Of a stretch of 64,000 bases of DNA, positions 44,501 to 58,800 are shown in pieces; the stretch's first letter is position 1, and each line of letters opens with the position of its first letter. The notes under the pieces were generated by a model. That model worked only from the letters and a program-made list of their open reading frames with translations, did no database searches and had not been told where the DNA came from. The stretch lies in contig NMRA01000121.1 in NCBI GenBank assembly GCA_002633005.1, positions 199,000 to 262,999 of the forward strand. The letters run 5' to 3'. The position numbers and the translations under genes are program-made. This DNA comes from Phoronis australis (Eukaryota > Animalia > Phoronida).

Positions 44501-46115
44501 GTTCACGCTTGTGCCAATTATGATATCAAGAATGCTATCTCAATTTGTCAAATAAATAACCATTTTGCGCAAGCCTAGAATAGTCAACAAATGCCTGGTG
44601 CCTTGATGAGTCTCAGTCACTTTTAGCGCAAGCCCGCGTTTTTTGTGTGAACGCTTAGCTTTGAGCACCAGCCAGGGCGACACCTACAAATCTTTGAAAA
44701 TCGCTTGGTGGGCCTCCATACCCTTGACCCTGTATTGAAAATGGCGGTGCCCAACGCAAAATTATCAAATCGGGTATCGCATACCTCAGGCCAGTGGTTC
44801 CACAGGCGTAAAAACATCGATACGCGTTTATGGTAATGGTGCCTCTAAAATGCTGTGAGCGCAGGGCCTCCGAAAAGCGCGAGGCCCGCAGCATAAGCTG
44901 CTTCTGCTACGTTGGCACTGTCCTTCATAAGTTCAAATTGCTTGTGTTGGGGATGTTCGCTAAATTAATATCAACATTACCCCCTACATTGATTTCACCC
45001 CATTATTTCAAGCTCAATTCCTTAAGCGTACAATTTTTTAGAACTTTCTACTGTCTATCCGTATAACATTGGTTTTAGTATTGGTTAAGGTTATGTAGGA
45101 CCCTAGAAAAATGTCCAAATTTAGCTAACTTTGGAACATCATGCTCTCAAAAAGGGCGGATCGGATTCATAAAAAATTCACTTACCATTCTTCATGTAAG
45201 TGCCGACGCACTCTTGTGTTTGTAGTCTGACTATACTCGCCATCTGTTGGTGGTTTATGTGTTTGCTCTCCAGCTTCTACCGCGTATATTTTCCACGTGA
45301 CTAATTCTTCAATAGAATTTTGCATATGTAAAACTGCTCGGCACACCATAGTTTATAGCTGTAACGCGCGCCAGCTTAGCTCATTCGTGCTTCAACGTTC
45401 TTACATGTATCTTGAGTTTTGAGTTTAGTCGTGATCTATGCCGCAAGTTGGTGTAAGTATTTTGTACTTGGTTTTGTTACAGTATATAGTCAGTACTTCA
45501 ACGTAATTGTAACGCGTACTCTGTAACTTTAATTAGCGTTGCCTCAAGTAGTTTGACGTTGTCCGAATAAGAATAATATGCAATGTTTAATATTAGTATT
45601 GTAACTTTGTAAACGACCAACGTATTGTTCAATTGTCTCATAGAATGTTTTTTTTTGTATGTTAACAGTTGAACCGAGTAACTATAAGAAAGAAACAAAT
45701 AAAGTTTGTCAACGCAACTTATGCTCGAGTTTTCCATGTGGCTCTAACGATTTTCGCGACCACACTTCATGCATTGTTCTTCATCAATATGATAGGAATC
45801 GTTTTTAAAAAATATCCACTTTTGCATGATGGTCTATTAAAACAGTACTTTAATGAAAAATATAAAGTCGTACAACTCAACAAAACTGTACTAGAGTTTT
45901 TATTATCTCATCTTGGACAACTTACATCTAATAAAATATGGTCATGCTCTTGATGTCGTTGCTTTGCTATCGACATACCTTTCTTTTATGCTAGACATGA
46001 CCATGAGATCCAATTAATGACAGATTCTAGACAGTCGAAAATCAAATACTGCATAGTTCATATTTTCAGAAAATCTGCTGTTCAGGATATGTGTGGCCAA
46101 ATACGCAGGTACTAC

Positions 46116-46273
46116 AGGGGCGAATCCAGGGTCTTGAGTTAGGGGGAACCAGGGCAGAGTATTAGCCAGGATTTTGCCCGTCTGACATTTGCACCCCGAA
46201 CTGCCAAATGGAATCTCGGAGAATTTTAGGGCGGGGGCCATGGCCCCCTTGCTCCCCCTCTAAATCCGCCAGT
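46116..46273. mobile_element. Short MITE with GC-rich TIRs, flanked by the direct repeat GTACTAC
   Basis: GTACTAC|AGGGGCGAATCCAGGG ... CCCTCTAAATCCGCCAGT|GTACTAC; internal sequence shared with 1263-1546. Confidence 0.7.
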
Positions 46274-47073
46274 GTACTACACAACATCAACCGTTAAAGT
46301 TTAATTTAGGTCTTATAAACAACTGATAGTGCATTTAGTCAAAAATCTGCAAAACCGTATTTTCAGTCCAGGAAGAAGAAAATATAATAGATTTCCATTT
46401 CTAGCAATACAATCTATGCCCCGTGACCAACATGTAGGCCTAATTTGTGGAGGGTGCGAAGCTAAAGGAAGCGGACTAAACCCAGACTGCAGCTAGGAGT
46501 TGATGCAATCGTTGATGTAAGCTATTACCCTCGCCACAGGAAAAGCATACTTCACGCGACGTTAGGGCGTGCTTTTATCCCGTACTTGTTAGCCGGTTAG
46601 ATCATCAAACTTAAGGAAAATAGTTTTAAGTAATGCAATTGTAGCAGTGTAAATAATACTCAACATGCAACCAGGTAACATCTGGAACAGGACTGTTAAT
46701 TATATTACATTCTGGCTCAGATTTCATTTGCTAAATATTATATCGTCTGCAACTCAGGCGCCGATTCCTCGGTAACAACAATGTTTGTTTAATATTATTG
46801 TTATTTAACTATTTTCAGGAGATGTAACAAGCTCAGTGCAAAGTTATTGTTGTTTTCATCTGTTATCTCTTTTCAATCAATAAATCGTTACATTTAAAAC
46901 TGTTTCTTTTGCTAGAGAAAACTTGCAACCTAACGCGCAAGTACATATATACATGTTATATATATAGGATGTTATCCGCCACGTGAACAGTCTGAATGAA
47001 GTATTTAAAAAATCTGCGGAAAATGAAATAACTTAGTAATTCGAAGCGTATAGGATGAATACAAAACCTACCT

Positions 47074-47131
47074 CGTACATGAAGTAATATCCCACTCTAT
47101 TCGTGTCTCGTGGGATATTACTTCATGTACG
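47074..47131. repeat. Perfect 22-bp inverted repeat (14-nt loop), probably the core of a larger MITE (~47000-47550)
   Basis: CGTACATGAAGTAATATCCCAC (47074-47095) pairs with GTGGGATATTACTTCATGTACG (47110-47131). Outer arms TTTAAAAAATC..CGGAAAATGAAA..AACTTA and TAAGTT..TTTCATTTTCAGCGATTTTTTAAA also mirror each other. Confidence 0.8.
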
Positions 47132-49773
47132 CCAATCGATGTATGTTTTGTGTATTTATTCTGCATTCTCTAAGACGATCGATCACAGAAAGTGAAAAAA
47201 AATATCCATTGTGGTAATGTTCAAGCTAGTTTCTTGGAATTTGAATTTTGACTCATATTTTAATGGTGCCTTCACATACACGGATTTTTTTATCGAGAGT
47301 CCTTGCGCATCGCCAAATCGTACCCAATCGCAAGCATCCGTAAACAGCTTTTCACAAAACGCAACAACTGCCAGACACTCGTAAAGATGCATGAAAGGAG
47401 TGGCAATTATTGCCACATCAAAAATGCCCTTGCGATGGTCCACGGATTGATTTATCCGTGATTAGTACACATAGGATCGCAAACCACGTAACCATTCGTA
47501 AATTACTCGTTACATTATAAGTTAATCTTTCATTTTCAGCGATTTTTTAAAAGTAAAATAAAAGGAACAATACGGAGGTAATTGCAAAAATACAATCAAC
47601 ATGAATTAAATTCGGCTTGCTAAGAGAGGAGGTTCCCACCCGTCGTACACACCTTCCGCACCCTGGATTCGGGCATGATGACCCTGATATAACATTTGTC
47701 TTTTCCTAATCGTTATCGCGTACAAAGTAAAAAGAGATTTCTCGCTTAATTATCTATCTCTTGCATTTTCTAACAAGGTTTTAAGAGACTGAAAATACTT
47801 TTCTCGGACGTAACGCCATGCAGACGCATACACCAAAGTTTAAATTTCTAAGGTCCACCGTTCGCCGCTTTACTTCACTGCACGCTTTCAATGACAAAAC
47901 GATGAATTTCACATTTTTTAAGTCTTAAGATCCATAATTCTCTTGGCCAATTTTAGTTGGCTGATACTTTGAATATCAGTCGTATCAAGGCACATTTTTT
48001 AAGCATTCATATCATTCCTACCTATAATTCTTGATGAACGATTCAACATTTTCTCGACGTCACGTTTTCAGAACTCCCATTTTGAGATAAAGTTCAGTTC
48101 AATTCAAGCCCAACAGTGAAATGTCAGTTTCAGTTTGGGTAATTATCCTATCTATACGTACTTGGATTTTTTCACTAAAAGCTCACTTAAGGCAGCGATG
48201 AAAGAATAAAAAATGTTGACTGACATTTACTCTTATCTAGAGTCCATTTTAGTTTAATAACTCCGGATTTAAATTTGTTGAGAAGAACCAATAAGTTGAC
48301 TGAAAAAGGGTGGAAGTGAATTAGTAGGTATTACTTATGAATTTGGTCATATGCGTATGGAGCATACACGAGTCCTCGGTTTCGTCCACAGTGGAAATCC
48401 AAGAGCAAACTTTAAAAATCCTGCTCACCTTGCTTTCTAGCGCCTTCTGGACTCAACTGCAATTAATGTTTATTATATTTTTCGTAGTAAACATTGCATA
48501 CTAAGATTTCTCGTGGGTCCAAAATTCATTTGGTGATGTTCTCAGGGAGTTTGTGACAGTCCTGCGATCGGGTTACATCATTATAACCTTTTGACAACCC
48601 AGTAGCTGCAACATTAACAGGGAACGCGCTTGAATATGACATAATGGCTGGCCGGTGATTAACATGTTTTTTCTGACATGTTGAGATTCTTAGTTCGTTT
48701 GTCACTGCGTCAGTCAAGTGCCATTTCTTGACAAAACGACCAGAGGACATCAGCTCGGCAGTGATGAAGCTGACAATTTTGAAATTTGCGTCACCGAATT
48801 TATATTTCATGAATCGTGCCACCAGCTCATCGAACTTTATGAATAACCCATAACTAGTACTGGCCCAAAAGAGCAATACCGCTGGGAATACCACCTGTGC
48901 AAGCCAGATTTAGGCAGTCATACGACAAGTGGCCTTCTCCTTTAAGCAAAATTTACTTGTAGTTCTTTACTTCGAAATGTACTAAATAGTGAGTGCAAAA
49001 CCGCTTTTATTTTTCTCCACAAGTTACAAATTACATTTCTCTTGTTTATCACGTGTGGCGCAAGCAAAGCACCCAGCATTTCTCACGCGAATCTTGCGTA
49101 TTCGACTCTTTCACCTGTGCTTAGTGGCACGCTTCACTGATGAATCCTCGATCGCGACAATGGGCTAGGAATTTTCCGTCACCCAGCGCATATTCGGTGG
49201 TTCCTATGTTGTGAGGGAAGATGCGATGTATTCAGTGTATTTTTGTGAACTTGAAATATCATCAACTAGTCCAAAATTTATTACAGTACAAAAATACATA
49301 TACCATCAACGTGTTTTGGATTTGAAAATTGTCTTCAATGTGAATTAGGAAACACTGAAAATGCTCACCTAGTAAATTCCACAAGCCTCTCCATAAATAT
49401 TTTGTTTAACCAAATAGAACACGTCTCGGGTCAAAGGTCACGAGATTTCCGAAGCCATAACATCAGCTGGGCAACTCAGTTCTTTCAAATTTTTGCAAGA
49501 GCTGATTTTATGTGTAATCGCGTAAGTGAGAGTGAGTTTCATGTTTTACGCGCCATTCTGTATTAGCAAGTTTTAATGATAAACGATATTATTTGTGATC
49601 TATGGTGTTTTGCTGAAAAAGCGTCGACACCCGGCTTTCTCAGTGCCAGTCAATCGCATACGACACGTTTAGTGACGTGTTGACTTAGGTGAGAGCAAAA
49701 AGACTATCGCGCATTTATATCGAGAGCCAGTAACTCCACTATCACCACTATCTCGGGTTAACGATAAGAACTC

Positions 49774-49781
49774 TATAAAAG
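49774..49781 (+). promoter_or_regulatory. TATA box of the PEAMT gene
   Basis: TATAAAAG begins 54 bp upstream of the ATG at 49828, at the edge of a CpG-rich region. Confidence 0.5.
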
Positions 49782-49827
49782 GCGGGTGCATCCTCTTATT
49801 CTGGGGAATTGGAGACATTTTGCAATC

Positions 49828-49885
49828 ATGCCAGACATTAATGGATCAACTGACATATGTACTAGTGGTGGTCCTGCCACAGAAG
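49828..49885 (+). CDS. PMT: PEAMT exon 1 (probable start)
   Basis: ATCATGC; [19 protein letters not shown]; donor G|GTGAGG; phase 1 matches exon 2; TATA box upstream. Confidence 0.7.
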
Positions 49886-52800
49886 GTGAGGTCATTAAAT
49901 AATTTACAAGCCTACTATACCACTATACTGTAGGCTTATAGACTATTACTTGGAGTAAAATGTTTCCATGGAAACGAGAAATTTGTTTTTGGGAGAAAAT
50001 TGAAAAAGTGCAATCATCTTATACAGACTGCCGCCTCTTGAGTTTACTTAAATTTGCACTCACAGCAGTTCTGGGAATACTGGCTCTGTTTTGTTGGTTT
50101 TAAATTAACTGTATACTGATGCTGTAGGCCTATATCTTCAAGCAGTTCCCTCTTGGCTATTTATGTTGGAAGTAATGTGGAGGCTGTGAAACCTACATAG
50201 CTGCATGACTAGAAACTTATATCAAAGACAGTTGATCAAGTTCCATTCTTATGGCTCAGAGTGCAAAACACTATCTCAGTGAAACAACTCCTCGTAGGGT
50301 GGTAGATATTGACGTGAGGCCCTGATGCTAGACAAGGACTTCAGAAATAATTTACAAGAGTCTTAGATTGGTAGCTGGATTTCAGTACTAGATATTTGTA
50401 TTGTAGTCAGCAAACAGGTATTGAGGTCAATTAAATAAAGTGTAAGTCTAACAGTATTTATTCTGTTGATTTCTGTGCTTGTGAATCTTATTGCTGCGTT
50501 TTTCTGACCTGTGTGTATTAAGTCCCGTCCACACACAGTCTACCCTACAACAACTAGCACTAGTGCAACTTACCTCACTTTTAAGTGGAGCGTCCACACA
50601 CATCAGCACTCTCCACACACAGACTTACCCTAGAACAAAATACTCGTGAAGCAATTAAGTTTTCGCTAGGTTTGAGGGCTGTCTGGATGCTATTAGAACT
50701 AGTGCAACTTGCCCCGCGTGTGACACCCTCCGTCTTAACAGGGTGGGGTAACTTGTTTTAGGGTAACTTTCGTCACTTCTGTTTGTGACAGTTTTATTAT
50801 TCCGTGAGACCATACTCGGCATATGAAATGGCTTGCTGTGACAAGTCAATGTTTTTTGATGGAAGGCATGTTTAAAACTGCTTTGACTCTATTGGCCATT
50901 TTTACTTGGGTCTAGGATGAAATGTATGTTTCATTAAATGTACATCATCAGTTTCTAAAAAGTCTTGCATTCACTACTTGCACACATAGGTGGCGCTGCA
51001 AAAATGATTGTTGTGCGTTGTTGTTTAGGCCGCAATGCCCCGTTTTAGCATCAATTTCAACAACGCAAACGTGAAAGCTTGCGTGTCCCAAACACGCAAA
51101 ACCTTTGGTAGTTTAGACACAGCACCTCATATTTAAGCATAATGGTGAATTCGTGCAAATAGTGAATTCGCAACGGACTGATTGTTAGAGCTCTCAGAGG
51201 TCTTTAAATTAAATGAACTTTATTGCAAAGAATGGGAAGTGAGTTTGCATGCTGGCTGAGTTTCATCCAAAGTGTTCTCATTCTCACTGTTAATGTTACT
51301 TGTATTCACGTATTACTTGTTAAAAAAATTTATCAGTGGCATCGTAATGAATATTGGCGGAATTGCAGATTTGCCACATGATTTTTTTAAATTTTGTGTG
51401 AAATTTCTCCATTTTGCTTAAACCTGGGGGAAACATGTGTTGCCCATTTCCCACTCTTGTTGACTGCCACTATAGCTAGACTTTATTATTTTATACTCCA
51501 GACGTCCGTGGTGTTATGAAAGAGTATTGGAAGAGTCATTCTTCAGACGCTTCACTTCAAGAAATGATGTTGGACGAAAATGCTGAGGTACTGCTGGGTG
51601 AAGAACAGCCAGAGGTGCTGAGCATGATTCCATCAGTTAAGGACAAAAAAGTGGTAGAACTCGGCGCTGGAATTGGGTAAGTTTAAAATTTTGGTAGTTT
51701 CAGAAATGCGAAATTTACTGGTAGGTTTTGGTTATCATGAGAGTCCCAATTTTCTAATCCAAATGAGTGATGCTTGATGCATTTTTGTCCCCCGTTGTTA
51801 GTTAGCTCAAAGTGGCAAACATAGTGTTCATGACTGTTTGTACATCCATCGGTATGTCGCGCTATGCTGTTTGCGCTTTAAAATTTGTGTTTGTATTTCG
51901 TACAGATTTGTGTTAAGGGGTCATCTACAGATGTCAGTCGATTTTGGTGACCTTGACATTATTTTCAAGATCGCTGCTACAAAACAATGGTTTCAGATGT
52001 TTCATGCAATGGGCCAGCCTCTGTGGCCTGTGCACGTTTGATGCAAAGTGTATAATCATTTTTTTTTAATTGAAATTTTAGCCTTAAAAATTCATGAATC
52101 CTAAAGCCATGGGGATGGGGTGACCTCCCACCCTGTGCCGCAGCCCTAGGTGGAGTAGGTGGTGGTGAGGGGGGGGGCATGGGCAATGTGGTTTCCCTGT
52201 GACAAATACTTGTGGTATGTTTCCAGGACAAATTTTGTACACAGGTGGCTGACAGTAATGACAGGATAAAATTTTAAAAGTCTGGTCATTTTTACAATTC
52301 GGTTGTTTTTGGTCGAAAAAGGGACCTAAATCCACAAAACTTCTATTAGAAAAAGTTTTGTCAAATTTTGTGTTAATTCCTTCGCACTGACCATCCACTG
52401 AAAGTAACTGGGTAACAGCTGTTTATCCATAGGTCTGTACATATTTTCCATAAAATCTTTTTATGTTGACCTTGTAAGTCTTAAGTTTGTTTCATTTTCC
52501 ACATAGAAATGTTGACCAGAGGTTAAAAGCGTCTGCTTGAAAAAATTGGTAGTCTTTCCTTGTAAACTTCCATAGTCTATAGGGCTGTCCCAGATTACGT
52601 GGCGATAAAACTCTCCTTTGTTCCGGAGATAAGAAGGCGCGTGACCTCGTTTTGGAAATCGGGCACATTTTCGCGTTTCTCATTGATGTCCGGAAGGCAA
52701 AGAATTTCACATCACACATCCACGGGTATTTGTCCAGTTTATCAAGTTTCTCAAGTCGATGTTGCAACCCACAGCACAACAGTAATATTTTGTTGGTATC

Positions 52801-55800
52801 TTGGAGGAACGAATGGAGTAATGCAACCGAGAAAAACTTTAATCAGACAACAACAATTAAATAACATGTGAATCTCCAGTGGCATGAAAACGAGGCAACA
52901 GATGTGCCTGACGGATGTTTACCGCATTGTGCATAAATGCAGCGAGATTCGAGAATCGCTGTGTAATTCGGGATAACCCTATTCCCTGCTAGTGATTTGT
53001 ACGAAAGCTGGCCTGAGTCAGTCTAGGTAGATGTATGCCCATATTATAGTGCAGGAATGTTACACAGTCTTGGCTAACAATACCTATTGCAACTGGTAAT
53101 CATAGTTGGCTGTGCATATGACTTTCTGGAAATGACCAGTACTGCACCTAACTCCACAAGAATGAGACGGGAATGCAAGCTGCTTTTTAACATGTCTTTT
53201 TGTTAAAATTTAGCGAAAAAGAAAGATACGTTGTTAGCAAAACATTGGTGTCATAACCAAATTTCCTTTGATGCAAATGTTCAAGATAAAATCTGAAAAA
53301 TGCTGATGCAATTTTCTAAGTGGTCAGTTCATGTAATGTAACATTTGTTTGTTTTTTTGAAAATCAGAAAAGTCTTTTTTGATAGCCCCTCTTGCACAAG
53401 TGGAGCATTCTATAAAGAATTCTTAACAGCTTTTGGGAGAACAGATAGTAAAATTTCAATAAAGTCAATCTGATCAGTCATTTCTGAGATGCTATGTTCT
53501 GAAGTTTTCCAAATTTTGACATTTTTATAGGATCCCACATAAACTAAAGTTATATTTGTTGGGAATTTGACAAAACGAAACTCCACTTGTCTGTTGTACT
53601 GTTTCCTGAACTCAGAAGATTTTTTATTATTGAATTTGGCGAAAATGCTGTTTGCAATGGAAATTTCCTTTGGTGACTCACACATGACCTAGGTTTGCAC
53701 TGCTAAAAATTCAGAGCCAGTGTATGGTTTTGGCAGTTCGGGGATATCAAAGTGCAAGACAAAAGTCTACCCTGTCCGGGTAATTTTCCATCAGAGCTAG
53801 TGGTGAAACATCTAGGTTACTATAATGTTTAATTTGAAGCTCCACTGCCTAAAGAGGTCATGTTTGCTGAGAGATCACAGATCAGACTGTTGTTATGGAT
53901 ATCACTAGCAATGAGCACAAACACAGCTTTTGAGTGTCCACATGCAGTGTTATGGTCAGTGATGTCGCCTGGCTCTAATAATTCACAACATTACTTGAAG
54001 TGCATAAGTGTGACTGGGAATATTCTATAGCTTGTTCTTATAATGCAGCTCATTGGTCTTATGACAAAAATTTGTTCAGTTGATGAATTTGTATATCTTC
54101 TGAATCTGTAGAAAATAAATCTGAAACTAAATAAGGCGATCCAGATCCTCCCAAGGATACTATTGTTTCACGAAATGTAGAATATAAATAGGTAAATAAA
54201 ACAACAAGAATGGATCAACTGAAATTTTTGGATGTAATAACGTCCTTTGTCAACAGAAACAAATAAAAATGTAAATTGTCATATAGTGTTTGATTTTACT
54301 TTATTTCTGTTTCTGTTGACAAAGGACATTATCACATCCGAAAATTTCAGTTGATCCATTCTTGTTGTTTTATTTACCTATTTATATTCTGAATCTGAAA
54401 ATGTGAAAATATTAAAATGAAAGATGTTTGGTGTGACACATTGACGTTTTCATTAAAGGTGTATTTGCATGCTCGTAAATTATGCTAATGTATAGCAGGA
54501 ACTAAACGATAAGGCTATTTGAACATAATCTACATAAGAAAGTGCAGTTGTATTCAATGACAACTTGCAAATGTGAAAACAAAAAAGTCTGCAAATAGGT
54601 GACCTTTGCACTGATGACATACCATGGGGGCTCACGTAGCCCCCATGATGCAGTGTTATTTCCCAGCACTAAGCCATGATGCTTACTGAACTCTGTGACG
54701 GTTCAGTGATTTACAGCGGATCATTTTTGACACTTACTGGTTCTTAAAAACATCTGGGAATTTTCAACATACTTCGTATTTACATGTCGCTATATGTTGT
54801 GTTTCTAACTGATTTGACCAAGCAATCACAGAGACAAGTTCCGCTTTAAGCCCCTTAAAACCAAGGAGGTATAAAATATTATGTAGTGAAATTTGTCCTA
54901 TGTATCTGTTACAAACTTGTAAATGTTGTTGTTTTCTCGATATTTATATGAAATCGGTAAAAACACTGTCAAAGGTGATTCACATCTAATGTACAAATTC
55001 TGATTCATGCATGTGGGTCTAAGCAATGAGGTAGGCCTATACCAGGAGTAGCACATTGGTATGTGAATAATAATAGGCAAATCACCATTTCTTGGCTTTC
55101 AAAACTATACTCACATACAGGCCAATGCACACATGCACACACAGGTAAATGTCATGGCAAGATTATTGCACTTCTAATCCACAGTTTATTGTCTGCCCTG
55201 CATTGGAAAGCCACAAACTATTGTTAGGCTGGGCTCAGCTTAGCTGGTCTGGGTAATTGGTTTCTGGGCAAATTAACTTTCTGTAAGCCAGAGCTGTATG
55301 ATGGCAGAGTCAACAAAATACACAAACTCATTACTTAGCTTGATAAATAAGGGCAAGTCATTCACAAGGTGGTCTTTAGAAATAAAGGTCTCCATTATAT
55401 GTTTGACTAGATTTCCTGAACATGGGGGAACTGGTGTGATATTGAAGCCACCCCATATGCCTGAATGCCAGCAAATTGGAAGATCCCTTGCTTCGCTTGC
55501 GACACCTTGTGGATTTCTAGTTTTCCAAATTTTATTACAAGCTACAATCAGAAAACATTTTGATCAATTGTGAAAAAATGTTTCAACCAAGAAAAAGTAG
55601 TTAATACAACAATTGGTAGTCTCATTGGCATCCTTCAGTGCATTTGTCAACTTTTCTTATCTGTGCTTGACTAGGAAAATTGTCCTTTTTAAAAGGGTAT
55701 GAAGGATGTACATAGAGAATTTGAATTTTTGAAAATTCTTTTTTAATTTTAATTATCTGTGGTTTGTAAAAGGCTACTTTTTGTTTTATAATATGATTGA

Positions 55801-58800
55801 GTGGAGTGTACAACACACAAATTTTCATGATGGGTTGGCCTTTATGATCAATTACCCTTAATATTCAGTTACCCTTAATATTCCCATATTGCCTTTTTAC
55901 ATTGAATCTCGCGTGATCCTTTTCTTTATTATGTGTAAGGCTTTTGCGTTTTCCTCCATCAGGATTTGTAGCAGTATGGCTAGGGTTTGTTTCCACAACA
56001 AAAACATTTTGTAAGGTAGTTTTATCTGCCAAAACTGAGGAATAAAATCGTCTGCCATCTTATGCTGTACATTTTGACCTAATGACGTTTGTCCCAAATG
56101 CCAGCCAATGAGCCAAGTGAATGGCGTTCTTCGCGAGTTCACCTCAAGGTGAAAAGTGCAAATGGCAGGGTGACATGCTAATAGTAAATTTTAAAAAAGT
56201 GGAATCTTTTGAGTGAATAAGTTCTGTTGAATGGCTCGATTCCTGTGAAGTTATATTCTTTGTGTCATTTCTGCAATAGTAATAAATAGTTAATATTTAA
56301 TGTGCAATTTGAGTGTGATATGTATGACATTAAATTCTGCACTTCCATTGACTGTATGGACGTCCAAACTTGTTTGGATTCAGGGTTGGTTTACCGGCTA
56401 CTAATTTCCATGGTTTACTCTCTCACGGAGGTTTTCTTAATACTTGAAATTTTATCTTATTGCAGACGTTTTACAAAAGTTTTAAGTGAAGCCGGGGCGA
56501 AAAATATACTGGCTGTAGAGTTTATGGAAAACTTTCTTGAGAAAAATCGACAAGAAAATGGAGATGCAGGCAACGTTGACTTCTATGGAGGCTGTGTCAC
56601 TACACTGGAGCAAGAGAAGAGCAGGTGAAATTTAGATTTTTGTTTCTTTTCTGTTTCAGACATTTTTCTTGTTTTGCTTTGGCCTTGTATTAGGATTAGC
56701 TGATTCGAGATAAGTTATGGACTGAATTACACTGTTGTGATTCAGTATTCAGCGAAACATTGCACTTTCAAAATGCTGAAAGAAGGGAAACTGTTTGATC
56801 GTTCACTAGACAGATGTGAACAATGTTCTAGGTCTGTGAAATTATGAGTGAACTACGCTGCATTGGCCACGCAGGTAAAAGGAAGGGGTTTTGTTATGAG
56901 TTGTGCTCACTATTATTTTTAGTTACATATTTGTGCCATAATTACTACAAATTTGAGCTTGTTTTGCACTGTAATAGGATGAACAGCGCTGTTGATGAGA
57001 AAATATATCAATCGCTTGGTTGTGGTTGGTATTTAATTGTGAGGCAGGCCATATGTGTTCCATAGGCCTTAAGTTGCCCATTCATGGTGTAAAGCTTCCG
57101 ACTGTCCTTCGGCCCTGTCATACAACAGCATTGACACTGTAGCTTTATTGTGCTTTCAGCGTTGACTTGGTCTTTTCCAACTGGCTACTCATGTATCTGA
57201 GTGATGAAGAAGTGCGCAAGTTGATGCGAAACATTCTCTCCTGGCTCGGGGTTGGACAGTATGCATATTTCAGGGAGTCGTGCTTTCAAAAATCAGGTGA
57301 GATTCAAAATGTTCATTCTTAAAAGCTTCTACAAACTCACCATATTGCCTTCTGTGAAAAGGACAAACTTTTAATTTTGATCATGTATTGTTATAAAGCT
57401 GGTTTCAACCAGTCTAGTTTCTTACTCAGATTATAAATATTTTCTGGGAAGAACTGATAGATAAGTTTATACCTGCTTTTGAGCTCAGCCAGCAAGGGTT
57501 TGTTTATATTGCAGTTGCATTAGGGCTATTAAATGGGTGAGTGTGTAATGTTTCCATATTTGTTTTATTAATACATTCCTAATAACAGTTGTTTTGTTCC
57601 TAAAGTCACACCATGACACAGCAGAATGGGACTCTGTGTTTAACTCCAATAAACTTTGTTTTTACGGTCCAGTCCGTACAATGACTTCTTGATGTTTAGT
57701 ACAAAATCAAAATGATTTGGCAGCAGACCTTGAAAACAGAACTGAATAAACACATGACACTGTCGACTAATTAGATACAAACTCCCTCAAATTATCCTAT
57801 GAGTTTATCCTTTGGTGTCCAGATAAAAAAGTAAAGTGCCAATATTCATCATTTTGACAAGGTGCAGTACCAGACAAAGCCATCAGACACACACACAGCT
57901 AATTCTGTGAGCAGCAAAATGACTGGTAATGACTATTATGGCAGCAAAATTCTAGTTACAGAATAGCTTAGCCACACTTACTAACTTTACTGTCAATTAT
58001 CCTTCATCCTTGATTATGATGGAAGACTACTCTGACGGTGAGTTTAGCTTCTGCCCAGTCGACATGATGGAGAACCCCTGGTCATTGTGCCTGAAAACTT
58101 TTGGCGTGTATTGCATAAAGAGAAATTTCAGTACTGGTCATGTCTCGTCTTCATACAAGGTGAATTTGTTTCTTACTAGTCATCAGACTGCTGGTAGGGG
58201 CTTATTAGTTTAGAACGAGTCGGTGTTCTCTGATGGACTGTTTGGGAAATCAATGTATTTAATGTTTTGCATTTTTGTTGTAGGCAACAAGGCCAGGGTT
58301 AGTAATCCTACTTTTTACAGATCTCCTGCCACCTACATGGCTCTGTTTAATTCAATAACAGAAACAGACAGCAATGGCAACACATATGGCTTTGAATTGG
58401 TGTTCTCCAAATCAATCATGGCTTATATCAAGGTAATGACACCCCGAATAAAGCTCATGTTTAAATTTTGTCTCAATATGTTGTATTTTTGCTCGATTTT
58501 TTTGCCCATTTTTAGAATATTGTAGTTTGCTTCTTGGAAGTGTAGTGTTAATAGTTTATTTATATTCTGTTGTAGCCATCACTGCATCCTCTTTTCCTTC
58601 TAGTTCACAACTGATTCTCGTGTTGAGTGAATTCAAGGTTTTGCTAAAATTTTCCAGCACAAAAACAACCCTCACCAGATCTGTTGGTTGTTGAAGAAAT
58701 CCCAAGTGCCTACTCCTACTCGGGAATATGCTAACTTTCAAGAATTCCTTGACAACCAACAGTACAGCCGTAACTCCATTCTTCGCTACGAGGTTGTGTT

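Noticed and set aside
42716-44894. Several 60-113 aa ORFs in the CpG-rich intergenic region
   Set aside because: No domain motifs and no exon chain. The locally higher GC explains the longer open frames.
54623-54647. 10-bp GC-rich hairpin CATGGGGGCT-cacgt-AGCCCCCATG as a terminator or ncRNA
   Set aside because: It lies in a eukaryotic intron with no U-tract. Short hairpins like this are common inside transposon remnants.
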